Source: Ignicoccus pacificus DSM 13166 (GTDB lineage Archaea > Thermoproteota > Thermoprotei_A > Sulfolobales > Ignicoccaceae). From it: a stretch of DNA of 32,000 nucleotides. Shown here one piece after another: positions 24,036 to 32,000 of the stretch. Every line of letters begins with the position of its first letter. Positions within the stretch are counted from its first letter, which is position 1. Below the pieces are notes generated by a model. That model searched no databases and was not told the DNA's origin. It saw only the letters and a program-made list of their open reading frames with translations. Location of the stretch: NCBI GenBank assembly GCA_025340205.1, contig CP006868.1:1230001-1262000 (forward strand), given 5' to 3'. The position numbers and the translations under genes were made by a program.

Positions 24036-25481
24036 TTACTTGTCCATCTTCTTCAACACTATCTGCGTGTGAGTGCTCTCTATGCCCTTTATGCCCCTTA
24101 TGGTGTCGAGCACAGTGTTCAGCATGTAGTGATCTGGAGCCTCCACCCTCACTATCAAGTCATAGTCGCCAGTGACCTCCGCTATCTCCTTCACACCGTC
24201 TATCATGTGTATCTTCCTAGCTACGGAGCTGGTGAAGGTGTTGCTGTCCACCTTTATCCACACTATTGCCTCAAGCTTCTCCGTCACCTTAGGCCTTAGC
24301 GCCCTTCCAGTCACCTTCTCCGCTATACTGACCAAGTTCTCGTCGGTAAGTATCTTGTACCTACTCCTCTTGATCTCATCTAATATCTTCAAGAGCTCGT
24401 CGTCGCTAACCTTAATTCCTAGCTTCTCCAGCTTTGCCTTTACGGCCTTCTTGCCGGTGTACTTGTCTACCACGTAGTCTCTGCTCCTCCCTATCATCTC
24501 GGGCGGGAAGGCCTCGTAGGTCCTAGGGTCGGCCAGTATCCCAGCCACGTGTACGCCGGCCTTGTGGATGAAGGCATAGTCTCCTATCACGGGCATGTTG
24601 TAAGGCACCTCTAATCCGGAGTACCTCTCCACCAGCCTGGTTACCTCCATCAACTTGCTCAAGTTAACCTTATCTATTCCGAAGTGGACCTTTACTGCGA
24701 CAGCAAACACTTGCAAGGGAACTATTCCGACCCTCTCTCCTAAGCCGTTCACGGTTACGTGGACAGCGGTGGCGCCTCCCATGACGGCCCCAAAGGCGGT
24801 AGCTACTGCCATTCCCAAGTCGTTGTGGGCATGGATGTCATACTCCACATTAGGGACCCTCTTAACCATGTGTTCGAAGAACCTCTTAGCGGTCCAAGGA
24901 GTTAGGATCCCTACGGTGTCGGCCAAGCTAACCCTATCGGCCCCGGCGTCTCTGGCTGTCTTCACCACTTGCTCCAAGTACTCCAAGTCCGCCCTGGAGG
25001 CGTCCTCTGCCGTGAACCTTACCTTTACGCCATAGCTCTTGGCGTACTCAACCATCTCGGCTATTATCGAAAGGGCCTCCTCTCTGGTCTTCCTGTGCTT
25101 GGACTTGAGGTGGATGTCGCTTACTCCGTAGAATATCGCTATCCTATCAGCCTCGGTTTCGGCTGCAGCATCGATGTCGGCCTTTACCGCTCTGCTGTGA
25201 GCTATTATCTCCGCCTTGATCTCTCCCTCCTTCTTCATTGCAACTATTCTTTTCACCGCTTCCATCACGTCGGGAGCCACGGCCGGGTGTCCGGCCTCTA
25301 TCATGTGGACTCCCAACTCGTCCAGCTTCTTCGCTATCTCAAGCTTCTGATCTATGGTAAAGCTCACCCCGGGGGTCTGCTCACCCTCCCTCAGGGTGGC
25401 GTCTAGGAGCTTCACCCTCTCAAAGTTCTGTTTATACCTCAGCAACTCCTCTTGAAATGGAGCGCTCACCCTTGACCACAC
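24036..25481 (-). CDS. Homocitrate synthase / 2-isopropylmalate synthase family enzyme with a C-terminal RAM (Lrp/AsnC ligand-binding-like) domain
   Basis: HMGL-like core LLDATLREGEQTPGV and HAHNDLGMAVA. The C-terminal roughly 80 aa, EAIVWIKVDSN...IAEVTGDYDLIVRVEAPD...IESTHTQIVL, is RAM/ACT-like. Confidence 0.85.
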   Translation of the reverse strand: MWSRVSAPFQEELLRYKQNFERVKLLDATLREGEQTPGVSFTIDQKLEIAKKLDELGVHMIEAGHPAVAPDVMEAVKRIVAMKKEGEIKAEIIAHSRAVKADIDAAAETEADRIAIFYGVSDIHLKSKHRKTREEALSIIAEMVEYAKSYGVKVRFTAEDASRADLEYLEQVVKTARDAGADRVSLADTVGILTPWTAKRFFEHMVKRVPNVEYDIHAHNDLGMAVATAFGAVMGGATAVHVTVNGLGERVGIVPLQVFAVAVKVHFGIDKVNLSKLMEVTRLVERYSGLEVPYNMPVIGDYAFIHKAGVHVAGILADPRTYEAFPPEMIGRSRDYVVDKYTGKKAVKAKLEKLGIKVSDDELLKILDEIKRSRYKILTDENLVSIAEKVTGRALRPKVTEKLEAIVWIKVDSNTFTSSVARKIHMIDGVKEIAEVTGDYDLIVRVEAPDHYMLNTVLDTIRGIKGIESTHTQIVLKKMDK

Positions 25482-25582
25482 CGCTCAACGGTATAGTGAG
25501 GGCCTTATCTGTTCGGCGTACCTGTTCGCTTAGCGGATCCGTCGGAATCGAGCCTTCAAGTCCATGAAAAGCAAATTAGGAG

Positions 25583-26401
25583 ATGGGTCGAGCTTCCCCT
25601 AGGTGCTCACGAGTGCTCTGCTACTACCCGGGCTGTAGCGCTAAGGGAATAGGCAAGGACATGGACGAGGCGGTAAAGGCGGTTGCTGAGAAGCTGGGAA
25701 TAGATTACAAGGAGATCGAGGGCTGGTCTTGCTGCGGAGCTGGAGTAGTGGACGACGCCTCTCCTCTAGGAGCCGCTATCCTGGCCCACGGAAACATGGC
25801 CTTGGCGAAGGAGCAGAGGTGTGACAAGGTCTTCACCGCTTGCGGCATATGCTTCTTCCAGTTCATGAAGTGGAAGGGAAAGGTAAAGCAGAACGAAGCA
25901 CTGAAGGAGAAGGTTGAGGAGGCGCTGAAGTCTCACTTCCTCGAGCCCGCCGATGTGGAGGTGCTTCACTTCATCGAGTTACTTGCTGAGAAGCTGACTG
26001 ATGACGATATCGTGAGGCCTCTACCCTATCTGAAGGTAGCGATATACCCTGGATGTCAAGCCAAGAGGGGACTAGCGGCTAAGGGAAAGAACGCCTTCAA
26101 GCTCATGGAAGACATACTCAAAAAGCTCCAAGTTGAGATAGGCCCTAGGATCGACTTCTGCTGCGGTTTCCCCTCCTCCACCTACGACAAAAGGAATTCC
26201 AAGAAGATGGCCGAGGAAGTGGTCAGGAGGAGTCTGGACGCTGACGTAATAGTCACGCTGTGTCCGTTCTGTCAATACCACATAGACACGACCGTCAAGG
26301 GGAAGCCCATAGTCCACCTCCACCAGCTGGTAGGCTTGGCCTTGGGCATAGAACCCGAGAAGCTTGGTCTGCATAGACACAATAACAAACTCGAAATATG
26401 A
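25583..26401 (+). CDS. Two-CCG-domain iron-sulfur protein (heterodisulfide reductase subunit B / LutA-like)
   Basis: Two Cys-rich CCG repeats: YYPGCS...WSCCGAG...ACGICF and IYPGCQ...FCCGFP...LCPFCQ. Confidence 0.8.
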   Translation: MGRASPRCSRVLCYYPGCSAKGIGKDMDEAVKAVAEKLGIDYKEIEGWSCCGAGVVDDASPLGAAILAHGNMALAKEQRCDKVFTACGICFFQFMKWKGKVKQNEALKEKVEEALKSHFLEPADVEVLHFIELLAEKLTDDDIVRPLPYLKVAIYPGCQAKRGLAAKGKNAFKLMEDILKKLQVEIGPRIDFCCGFPSSTYDKRNSKKMAEEVVRRSLDADVIVTLCPFCQYHIDTTVKGKPIVHLHQLVGLALGIEPEKLGLHRHNNKLEI

Positions 26402-27996
26402 GGCAACTTTTAGCGCTGTACGACCAGAGTATGTATCGAGGAGTGATGAGTACGAAGAGCCGACTTAAGGTACGCCTTTTGACCCCTCCCATGGACGTCA
26501 GTTGGGGGTCCAAGTACATAGCTGTAGCTTTGGGTATGAGAGGTTTCACCTTGATTGACCCCTACACGGGAGAGGTCAGGAAGGAGATCACCGACAATCC
26601 CGCTTACGCCATCGCTTGGTCAGGAAGAGGAAAACTTGCCGTGGGCTCTGACGGCTATGTCTTAATATATGATGAGGAGGGAAGGAACGAGAAGAAGATA
26701 AGCGTCCCCGGAGAGGTCTCGGACCTAGTCTGGATCGGAGGGGGACTCATAGCTGGAGGCAACGGCTGGATAGCTTACTTGGAGGACAAGAAGGAGGTAG
26801 TCAACATAGGCTTGAACGTGACCAGGTTGGCTTGGAAGAGGGGTCTCCTAGCCGTTGGGACCGCGGAGGGAAGGCTCCTCATAATGGAGGAGGACAAAAT
26901 CATCTGGTCAGTTGAACTAGGCCCCTCCGTCCTTGGCCTCTCTTGGGGACCCTTCCTCTTAGCTGCTACGAGCAACGGGAAGATATTCAAAATATCTGAC
27001 TACGAAGAGTTCAAGCCTAAGGAGTTCATCGCTGTGAAGGGCGTAAGTGACCTAACCTGGAATCCCAAAGGAGATGAGTTCGCCTTAGCTGAGAACTACA
27101 AGAAGGCCATACTCTTCTACTCCTCGGACGGAGCCAAGATAGGAGAGGAGAGGCTCGACTCTATTCCTCTTGCAATAGACTACTCTCCCACTGCAGTGGA
27201 GGTGGCGGTAGTACTCGAGAGCGGAGAGCTCTACACCTTGGGAACTCCTAAGGTAGCCATAGTCCTTGAGGAACTCATCAAGGCTAGCAAGTGCAACCAG
27301 AAGGGAAGGATCCTCTGTCAAGCCCTCGAGAAGGCGTTCTGGAAGCTTGTGGGAGAGCTGGGTCAAGATATCCCCTTGGATGAGTTCTTGGCCTTGAAGA
27401 ACTTGGAGGAGAACATTCCTCAAGCCGTCTCCTGCCTCCTCAAGTACGCCAAGGAGGTAAGGGAAGCGGTAAGGGATATCCTAAGCATGGAGGACGTGGT
27501 AGATGCCTTAAAGGAGGGCTGTGAGAACTTCAAGAAGTGGATAGGAGTAGTTACCAAGAACAGGCTATGTGTCAAGAGGGTCTCCGAGCTCTTAGACGAC
27601 CTCTTGGACCTGGCTCCCGGAGAGCTCCTCCCTGCTCAGATCCCAACCTCAGTTACCTTAGTAGAGAGATTCGGGTGCGAAGGAGCCCTTAAAGTTATGG
27701 AGTGTGCCTTTGCCTTAGCTCTAATATTAAAGGACTTGAAGGAGCATGAGGATGAGCTGGGAGTGAAGCTGCCTACCCTAACGGAGGTGATACTCTACGC
27801 ATTGATGAAGAACGGGTGTGATGACCTAATTGCGAAGTTGAAGCAGATGGAGAAGCTGAAGAAGGAGGCGGCCAAGTACGCGGAAGAAGGTGAACTGGAC
27901 AAGCTGATGAGAGTACTAGACGAGGTAAGGAACATAGCTGAGGAGTTGAGGGAGGAGTTGCTGAGCACCTTGCCGGAGGGATATGTAGGAGTTTAA
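26398..27996 (+). CDS. Hypothetical protein with an N-terminal beta-propeller-like repeat region and a C-terminal helical region
   Basis: Repeated strand motifs (AIAWSGRGKLAVGSDGYVLIYD, LAWKRGLLAVGTAEGRLLIME, LSWGPFLLAATSNGKIFKI, LTWNPKGDEFALA). The ATG overlaps the stop of the CCG-domain gene (ATGA). Confidence 0.7.
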   Translation: MRQLLALYDQSMYRGVMSTKSRLKVRLLTPPMDVSWGSKYIAVALGMRGFTLIDPYTGEVRKEITDNPAYAIAWSGRGKLAVGSDGYVLIYDEEGRNEKKISVPGEVSDLVWIGGGLIAGGNGWIAYLEDKKEVVNIGLNVTRLAWKRGLLAVGTAEGRLLIMEEDKIIWSVELGPSVLGLSWGPFLLAATSNGKIFKISDYEEFKPKEFIAVKGVSDLTWNPKGDEFALAENYKKAILFYSSDGAKIGEERLDSIPLAIDYSPTAVEVAVVLESGELYTLGTPKVAIVLEELIKASKCNQKGRILCQALEKAFWKLVGELGQDIPLDEFLALKNLEENIPQAVSCLLKYAKEVREAVRDILSMEDVVDALKEGCENFKKWIGVVTKNRLCVKRVSELLDDLLDLAPGELLPAQIPTSVTLVERFGCEGALKVMECAFALALILKDLKEHEDELGVKLPTLTEVILYALMKNGCDDLIAKLKQMEKLKKEAAKYAEEGELDKLMRVLDEVRNIAEELREELLSTLPEGYVGV

Positions 27997-29612
27997 TCGA
28001 CCCTTCCTGAGCTCCACTCTTGGAGCTCCCAAGCCAAGCTCAGCGCCTTCTCGAACGACTCCCTCAGGAGTTCCTCAACCTCCTTCTTGTCCATAAACGT
28101 GTCCTCAAACAGTCCCTCGGCCTTTCCCTCCTTGAGTCTCCATGCGCTCAAGTTGTCTATCCTTCCCATGGTCTTCGGGAAGACTATGGTTACCTTTGCG
28201 TAAAGCGATCCCTTCAAGTTTCTCGAGACCACGGACCTGGGCGAGTGCTGGATGGGAACAGCTTCGTGAGGTTTGGATCGGTCGAATACGTAGACCTCGC
28301 CGGAGAGGCCCTCGTAGGCGCTGTGGTAAAATATCACAAAGGGATTTAAGTTCCTCTTCATGACGTACATAAACCTATCCCTATCCTCCTTTATCGCCCT
28401 TACTATTGACCTACTGTTGTACTCATTCATTATTAGGGCGCTCCAGTGCCTCCTCGAGAGAATACCCTTCGCTAACGTGTACAAGGCCAGGAAGAGGTCA
28501 GGCCTCTCCAAGCTTATCTCAGAGCCCTCCTTCAGCTCCTTTCCAAAGCTCACGATCCTCCTCAGTATCCTGTAGAAGGCTCCGTCCGTTACGTTGAGGA
28601 CGCTCTCGTAGAGCTCGGGGATATCGTGGAGCATTATCTTCCTTATTTGGGAAAACTCCGGGTAGCCGTTAGCTAGGGTTCTCAAGTCCTCATCGGGAAG
28701 AGCTAGGATCAAGCTGAGTACTCTCGTCGCCATAGCGCTGTAAATTATCGAAATGGGGTGGAGGTATACGTCGTTGTACATGTAAACTCTGCTTAACAAC
28801 ATGTTCTCAATTACACTTATTCCTTTTTCAACGACCCCTAAGGTGAAGACCTTCTGGGCTACTCTCTTAGGAACTATCGCTATGACGTTGTAGAGTCTGT
28901 CAAGATCGTAGAGGCCGGCGGTCGCCCCTGAGAAGTAGTAGTCCCTCAGTATGTAATCTCCCCTGTCCGCGTCTATCTCAGAGCTTATCATCTGAGAGGC
29001 TATTACCTTAGCGTTAAGCTCTGAATCATTAGCACAGTCTACCTCCTTGTCTATGTAAGCTAGTTTGAGTATTTCCTCTACTAGCTCCAGCTTGACCTCC
29101 TCGCCGGCATACTTTATTGGTCCCAACCTCTCCTTCATCTCGTTAAGCAAGCTGAGCGTAAGGTGTTCATGAGAAACCATAGTTTGAACGCTCTTCTCCT
29201 TCGCTTCGATGTAGTAAATGTAATCCTTCATGGCTACCTCGAAGACGTGGGATAACGCCACGTGGCCTAGGTCGTGAAGTAATGCGGCGACGATTATCTC
29301 CTTCTTCATTGAATCCAAGTGATCCAATACCTCCCCAGCGTATTCCTTAAGGTCCTTGAACCTCAAGTACCTTATTACCATCTCTTCTGTGTTCTTCCTT
29401 ATATTGTTTAACATGTTCTTAACTACGTGAGCCACTCCTAAGGAGTGCTCGAACCTCGTATGGTTTGCTCCAGGGTAGACGTAATGGGAGAGGCCTAGCT
29501 GTCTTATCTCCCTCAGTCTTTGGAATATCTCCGTATCTATCAGAGTCTCGAAGAGATCGGAGGGAAACTCTATGAAGCCGTGTATGGGGTCTCTGACCGT
29601 CTTCCTCTCCAT
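27993..29612 (-). CDS. HD-domain phosphohydrolase (COG1078 / SAMHD1-dGTPase-like)
   Basis: VRDPIHGFIEF, FQRLREIRQLG, NHTRFEHSLGVAHV and AALLHDLGHVALSH are the signature motifs of this HD family. Confidence 0.9.
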   Translation of the reverse strand: MERKTVRDPIHGFIEFPSDLFETLIDTEIFQRLREIRQLGLSHYVYPGANHTRFEHSLGVAHVVKNMLNNIRKNTEEMVIRYLRFKDLKEYAGEVLDHLDSMKKEIIVAALLHDLGHVALSHVFEVAMKDYIYYIEAKEKSVQTMVSHEHLTLSLLNEMKERLGPIKYAGEEVKLELVEEILKLAYIDKEVDCANDSELNAKVIASQMISSEIDADRGDYILRDYYFSGATAGLYDLDRLYNVIAIVPKRVAQKVFTLGVVEKGISVIENMLLSRVYMYNDVYLHPISIIYSAMATRVLSLILALPDEDLRTLANGYPEFSQIRKIMLHDIPELYESVLNVTDGAFYRILRRIVSFGKELKEGSEISLERPDLFLALYTLAKGILSRRHWSALIMNEYNSRSIVRAIKEDRDRFMYVMKRNLNPFVIFYHSAYEGLSGEVYVFDRSKPHEAVPIQHSPRSVVSRNLKGSLYAKVTIVFPKTMGRIDNLSAWRLKEGKAEGLFEDTFMDKKEVEELLRESFEKALSLAWELQEWSSGRVD

Positions 29613-29666
29613 CCCTCGCTGGACCGTTATGCTGAGAACTTGGGCAAGAATAAAGACGTTTCCCGA

Positions 29667-30017
29667 TTAGCTGAACAAGCGGTAATCGTTCACTATTATT
29701 ACCTTATGTTCTAAGGCCTTCTTCCATGTAGGCTTCTTGATCATCTTCTTTGCTTCCTCTGGGTCCAGAAGATCGCCTCAAAGTCTTCGAATTCTGGAAA
29801 CACCTCCCACCGGTATATCGGCTTTACTCCCTTGACCAGCTCGCTCACGACTATTACGTCCACGTCGCTCCACAAGTTGAAGTCTCCTCTGGCATAGCTC
29901 CCGAACAAGACGACCGTTAGCGGTCCTCTTCTTCTAGCTTTTTCCGCAGCTTCCCTAAGATTAGCTATTACCCTCCCCTTCCTTCTTCCTTCTTTCTAAT
30001 ATCTCTCCCAGCGACAT
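29667..30017 (-). pseudogene. Decayed minimal nucleotidyltransferase (MNT) gene
   Basis: Own translation in three frames: MSLGEIRKKEEGR / KGRVIANLREAAEKARRRGPLTVVLFGSYARGDFNLWSDVDVIVVSELVKGVKPIYRWEVFPEFEDFEAIFWT / EEAKKMIKKPTWKKALEHKVIIVNDYRLFS*. At least two frameshifts (about 29975-29995 and about 29757-29767). The track shows no ORF over 60 aa here. Confidence 0.6.
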
Positions 30018-30335
30018 CTTCGGCCCATCTTATTACCTTTTTCAGCACATCTTTTAGCTCTCAAAGCGTCCTCTTCATCGAAGTACTCCCAAAAGCGCCC
30101 CTTCGGAAAAGGAGTCGGGATAGCGAGGAGGTATGTAGAGCTTGTCCAAGAGTTTAGTTATTTCGTGACCAAAGGCAGCTATTCCCATTGAGTACAGCAA
30201 GCCCTTGAAACACGCCCAAGCGTAGCCTTCGTGCTCTATGTTAGCTCTATCAGCTCATAAGGTCTTCGTCCAAAAAGACCTTCCCGTTCAAGATGCCCTT
30301 CGCTTAGCAAAAAGGTTGGGGATGAGCGGGAACCT
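29996..30335 (-). pseudogene. Decayed HEPN-domain gene (partner of the decayed MNT)
   Basis: Own translation gives fragments ANIEHEGYAWACFKGLLYSMGIAAFGHEITKLLDKLYIPPRYPDSFSEGA, then shifted (E)YFDEEDALRAKR, then ELKDVLKKVIRWAEDVAGRD*. There are in-frame stops upstream. The 5' boundary is approximate. Confidence 0.5.
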
Positions 30336-30641
30336 CCGGCAGTGAGTGGATGAACGACTCTACCAGAGGCGACCTCGACTATTACAGCCAGTTTAAGTGC
30401 ATGTGACTAGAGCTACACGTTATCTCTCATTCTTTCCTTTAAGAGGTAGATCCTTGTCAAAGGTTGTATGAAAGGGGAGAAGACGTTTATGTCATCGTCG
30501 AGCTTGTCGCCAACATAGCGTCCTTTAGAAATACTATTAGGGACTCCTTGGAGAGAATCAAAGAGTTAAAGGAGTAGCCAAAGGGATGTAGAGCTTCTCG
30601 TAAAAGCTGATGTCCAACCCCTACTCCAAGGTAAGGGGGGC

Positions 30642-31466
30642 TTGAGGGTCCACTATTTTCTCTTTTTGCTAGCAATGCTCTCAATAGGCTCCTCAGCGAT
30701 ATTGGTGAGGTTGGCCAACGCTCCCGGCACCGTCTGCGCCTTCTTCCGCTTGCTCTTCTCCTTGCCCTTTGTGATAGTACTTAACAAGGGGTCTTTCAAG
30801 GGCTTTGACAGGTTGGCAGTATTGAGTGGAATCGCCTTGGGGGTCCACTTCTCCCTCTGGATGGATTCGCTTTACCGCTTGCCCGTTTTCGTGAGCACGG
30901 CCGTAGTGACCACTTACCCGGCGTTTCTGGCATTAATCGAATGGAAGAAGGAAGGCTTTAGACCCCTTTCCGCCTTGGGAATAGCCTTAGCCCTGTTAGG
31001 CACCTTCTCCCTCTTCGGCCTGAGGGGAGTCTTAGACCCCCTCGGACTTCTCGAGTCCCTTTTGGGCTCCTTGGCGATCACGGCCTATTTCTGGATTGGG
31101 AGGAAGGTTAGAAGAGAGAAGGAGCTGGGGGAGTACGTCCTATGGGCATATGCCTTCGCCGCCCTTACCGTCTTCCTTTACTTACTCCTTGTAAATGTCG
31201 ACCCCTTCATCTATCTCCCTAGGTCCTTCATTTGGTTCCTCCTCATGGCTTTAGTTCCTATGATGGGGGGCCATACGGTAATGAACTACTTGATCAAGTA
31301 CTACAAGGCCTACGTCGTTAGCTCTATAGCGTTCCTAGAGCCCATAATAGCCGCTATCCTAGCGTACTTGATATTCGGGGAAGTTCCGCCGAACAAGAGC
31401 CTCTTACCCAGCCTAGGAATAGTCCTAGGCGTCAGCTTGGTCGTGCTCTCGGAGCGCTACGAGTAG
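30642..31466 (+). CDS. EamA/DMT-family transporter
   Basis: 274 aa with about 10 hydrophobic helices in two halves. The N-terminal SSAILVRLA and the overall pattern are typical of EamA. TTG start. Confidence 0.8.
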   Translation: MRVHYFLFLLAMLSIGSSAILVRLANAPGTVCAFFRLLFSLPFVIVLNKGSFKGFDRLAVLSGIALGVHFSLWMDSLYRLPVFVSTAVVTTYPAFLALIEWKKEGFRPLSALGIALALLGTFSLFGLRGVLDPLGLLESLLGSLAITAYFWIGRKVRREKELGEYVLWAYAFAALTVFLYLLLVNVDPFIYLPRSFIWFLLMALVPMMGGHTVMNYLIKYYKAYVVSSIAFLEPIIAAILAYLIFGEVPPNKSLLPSLGIVLGVSLVVLSERYE

Positions 31467-31514
31467 AAAACTCTTAAAGCAAAGTTGGTAAGGTGCGGCT
31501 ACGGGTCACATGTA

Positions 31515-32000
31515 TTGCAAGGTGGGAGTCAGCTCTCAGACATACTAAACATTATAACTCAGATAATGTTCATGGCTTTCCTATTCATGGCCTTCACCGG
31601 AGCCGATCAGAGGCTCAGGATGTACCTATGGGCCAAGAACATCAAGGCTAGGATGGAAGAGATAAAGGAGATGGCAGAGGAGAGTAAGAAGGAAAGCATA
31701 GAAGTCCTCAAGAAGCTTGGGGTAAGCAAGGCTGAGGATTTAGTAAACAAGCTAAGCGAGTTTTTCACCATAAGTCCCGTCGACATAGAGCCAACCGACA
31801 TAACCAAGAGGATGGCTCACATCTTCAGAACCGGGCTGAGGAGGTGGGAGAAGGAAATAGACAAGAACTTAACAGAGCAGATACCCAAGGCGAACAAGCA
31901 CAACGCTTTGGTCCTAATTGAGATAACCAACAGCCTCAATATGATATATAAGATAATTAGGCACTACCTCCTTTACGCCCTTAAGAATAACAACTTGTTC
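31515..32000 (+). CDS. Membrane-anchored hypothetical protein (DUF1512-like), 3' end runs off the window
   Basis: Own translation: open frame from the stop at 31464 to the window end, ...ILNIITQIMFMAFLFMAFTGADQRLRMYLWAKNIKARMEEIKEMAEESKKE...FFTISPVDIEPTDITKRMAHIF.... Possible starts are TTG 31485, TTG 31515 and ATG 31566. The family assignment is from memory. Confidence 0.55.
   Translation, partial: MQGGSQLSDILNIITQIMFMAFLFMAFTGADQRLRMYLWAKNIKARMEEIKEMAEESKKESIEVLKKLGVSKAEDLVNKLSEFFTISPVDIEPTDITKRMAHIFRTGLRRWEKEIDKNLTEQIPKANKHNALVLIEITNSLNMIYKIIRHYLLYALKNNNLF

Noticed and set aside
23748-24299. Plus-strand ORFs at 23748-23954 and 23979-24299, plus others antisense to the homocitrate synthase gene (24172-24477, 24655-25035, 24969-25406).
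   Set aside because: They are antisense shadows of well-supported minus-strand genes, or of the better-supported 50-aa minus-strand ORF.
27993-29612. HD-domain dNTPase-like protein as a possible dNTP-depletion defence gene (it lies next to decayed toxin-antitoxin genes).
   Set aside because: From memory, this HD family (COG1078-type) is near-universal in archaea. The gene has native composition and tight packing with its neighbours, so a housekeeping role is the simpler reading.
30487-30684. 65-aa minus-strand ORF overlapping the EamA start. Fragments such as EKLYIP in another frame hinted at a third HEPN remnant.
   Set aside because: The similarity is limited to a few residues in competing frames, and the ORF overlaps a well-supported transporter gene. 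The evidence is insufficient.
31607-31807. 66-aa minus-strand ORF.
   Set aside because: It is antisense to the open plus-strand frame (DUF1512-like) that runs to the window end. Its Ser/Leu-rich composition is typical of a shadow frame.

Overview
This looks like an archaeal chromosome segment. Supporting signs are an intron-containing tRNA, archaeal-type AlaRS plus AlaX, a proteasome beta subunit, TATA boxes 25-29 nt upstream of start codons (leaderless-style genes) and AGG/AGA/ATA-rich codon usage. The source is probably a hyperthermophilic crenarchaeote with about 50% GC (hand counts on single lines only). Positions 0-3 kb and 11-32 kb are tightly packed, mostly housekeeping genes: a PRTase, a ThiL-like protein, HypB, a creatininase-family protein, thiolase, AlaRS, AlaX, an ACT protein, HtpX, proteasome beta, a Cys-free TrxR-like flavoprotein, homocitrate synthase with a RAM domain, a CCG-domain (HdrB-like) protein, a beta-propeller protein, an HD phosphohydrolase and an EamA transporter. 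Toxin-antitoxin-type modules are interspersed: VapBC, a frameshifted HEPN-MNT pair, a heavily decayed HEPN-MNT pair and a PaREP1-like gene. The stand-out is an AT-rich accessory region at about 3.8-11 kb centred on an intron-containing tRNA-Thr. It holds two very large same-strand ORFs (786 aa and 648 aa) that I cannot assign to any family. Each has its own near-identical ATTCATAAA promoter box, and they are separated by a structured spacer. A minimal nucleotidyltransferase is transcribed divergently from them. Two tandem paralogous small acidic proteins lie beyond the tRNA. This is my best candidate for an undescribed, possibly conflict or defence, system. Function is inferred from context and weak motifs only. 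Other oddities include a Gly/Arg/Trp/Pro-rich mini-protein, a dockerin-bearing secreted protein, a (CxxxC)n mini-protein and a small membrane ORF (both below the ORF-track cutoff), and a possible C/D-box sRNA just after the tRNA.
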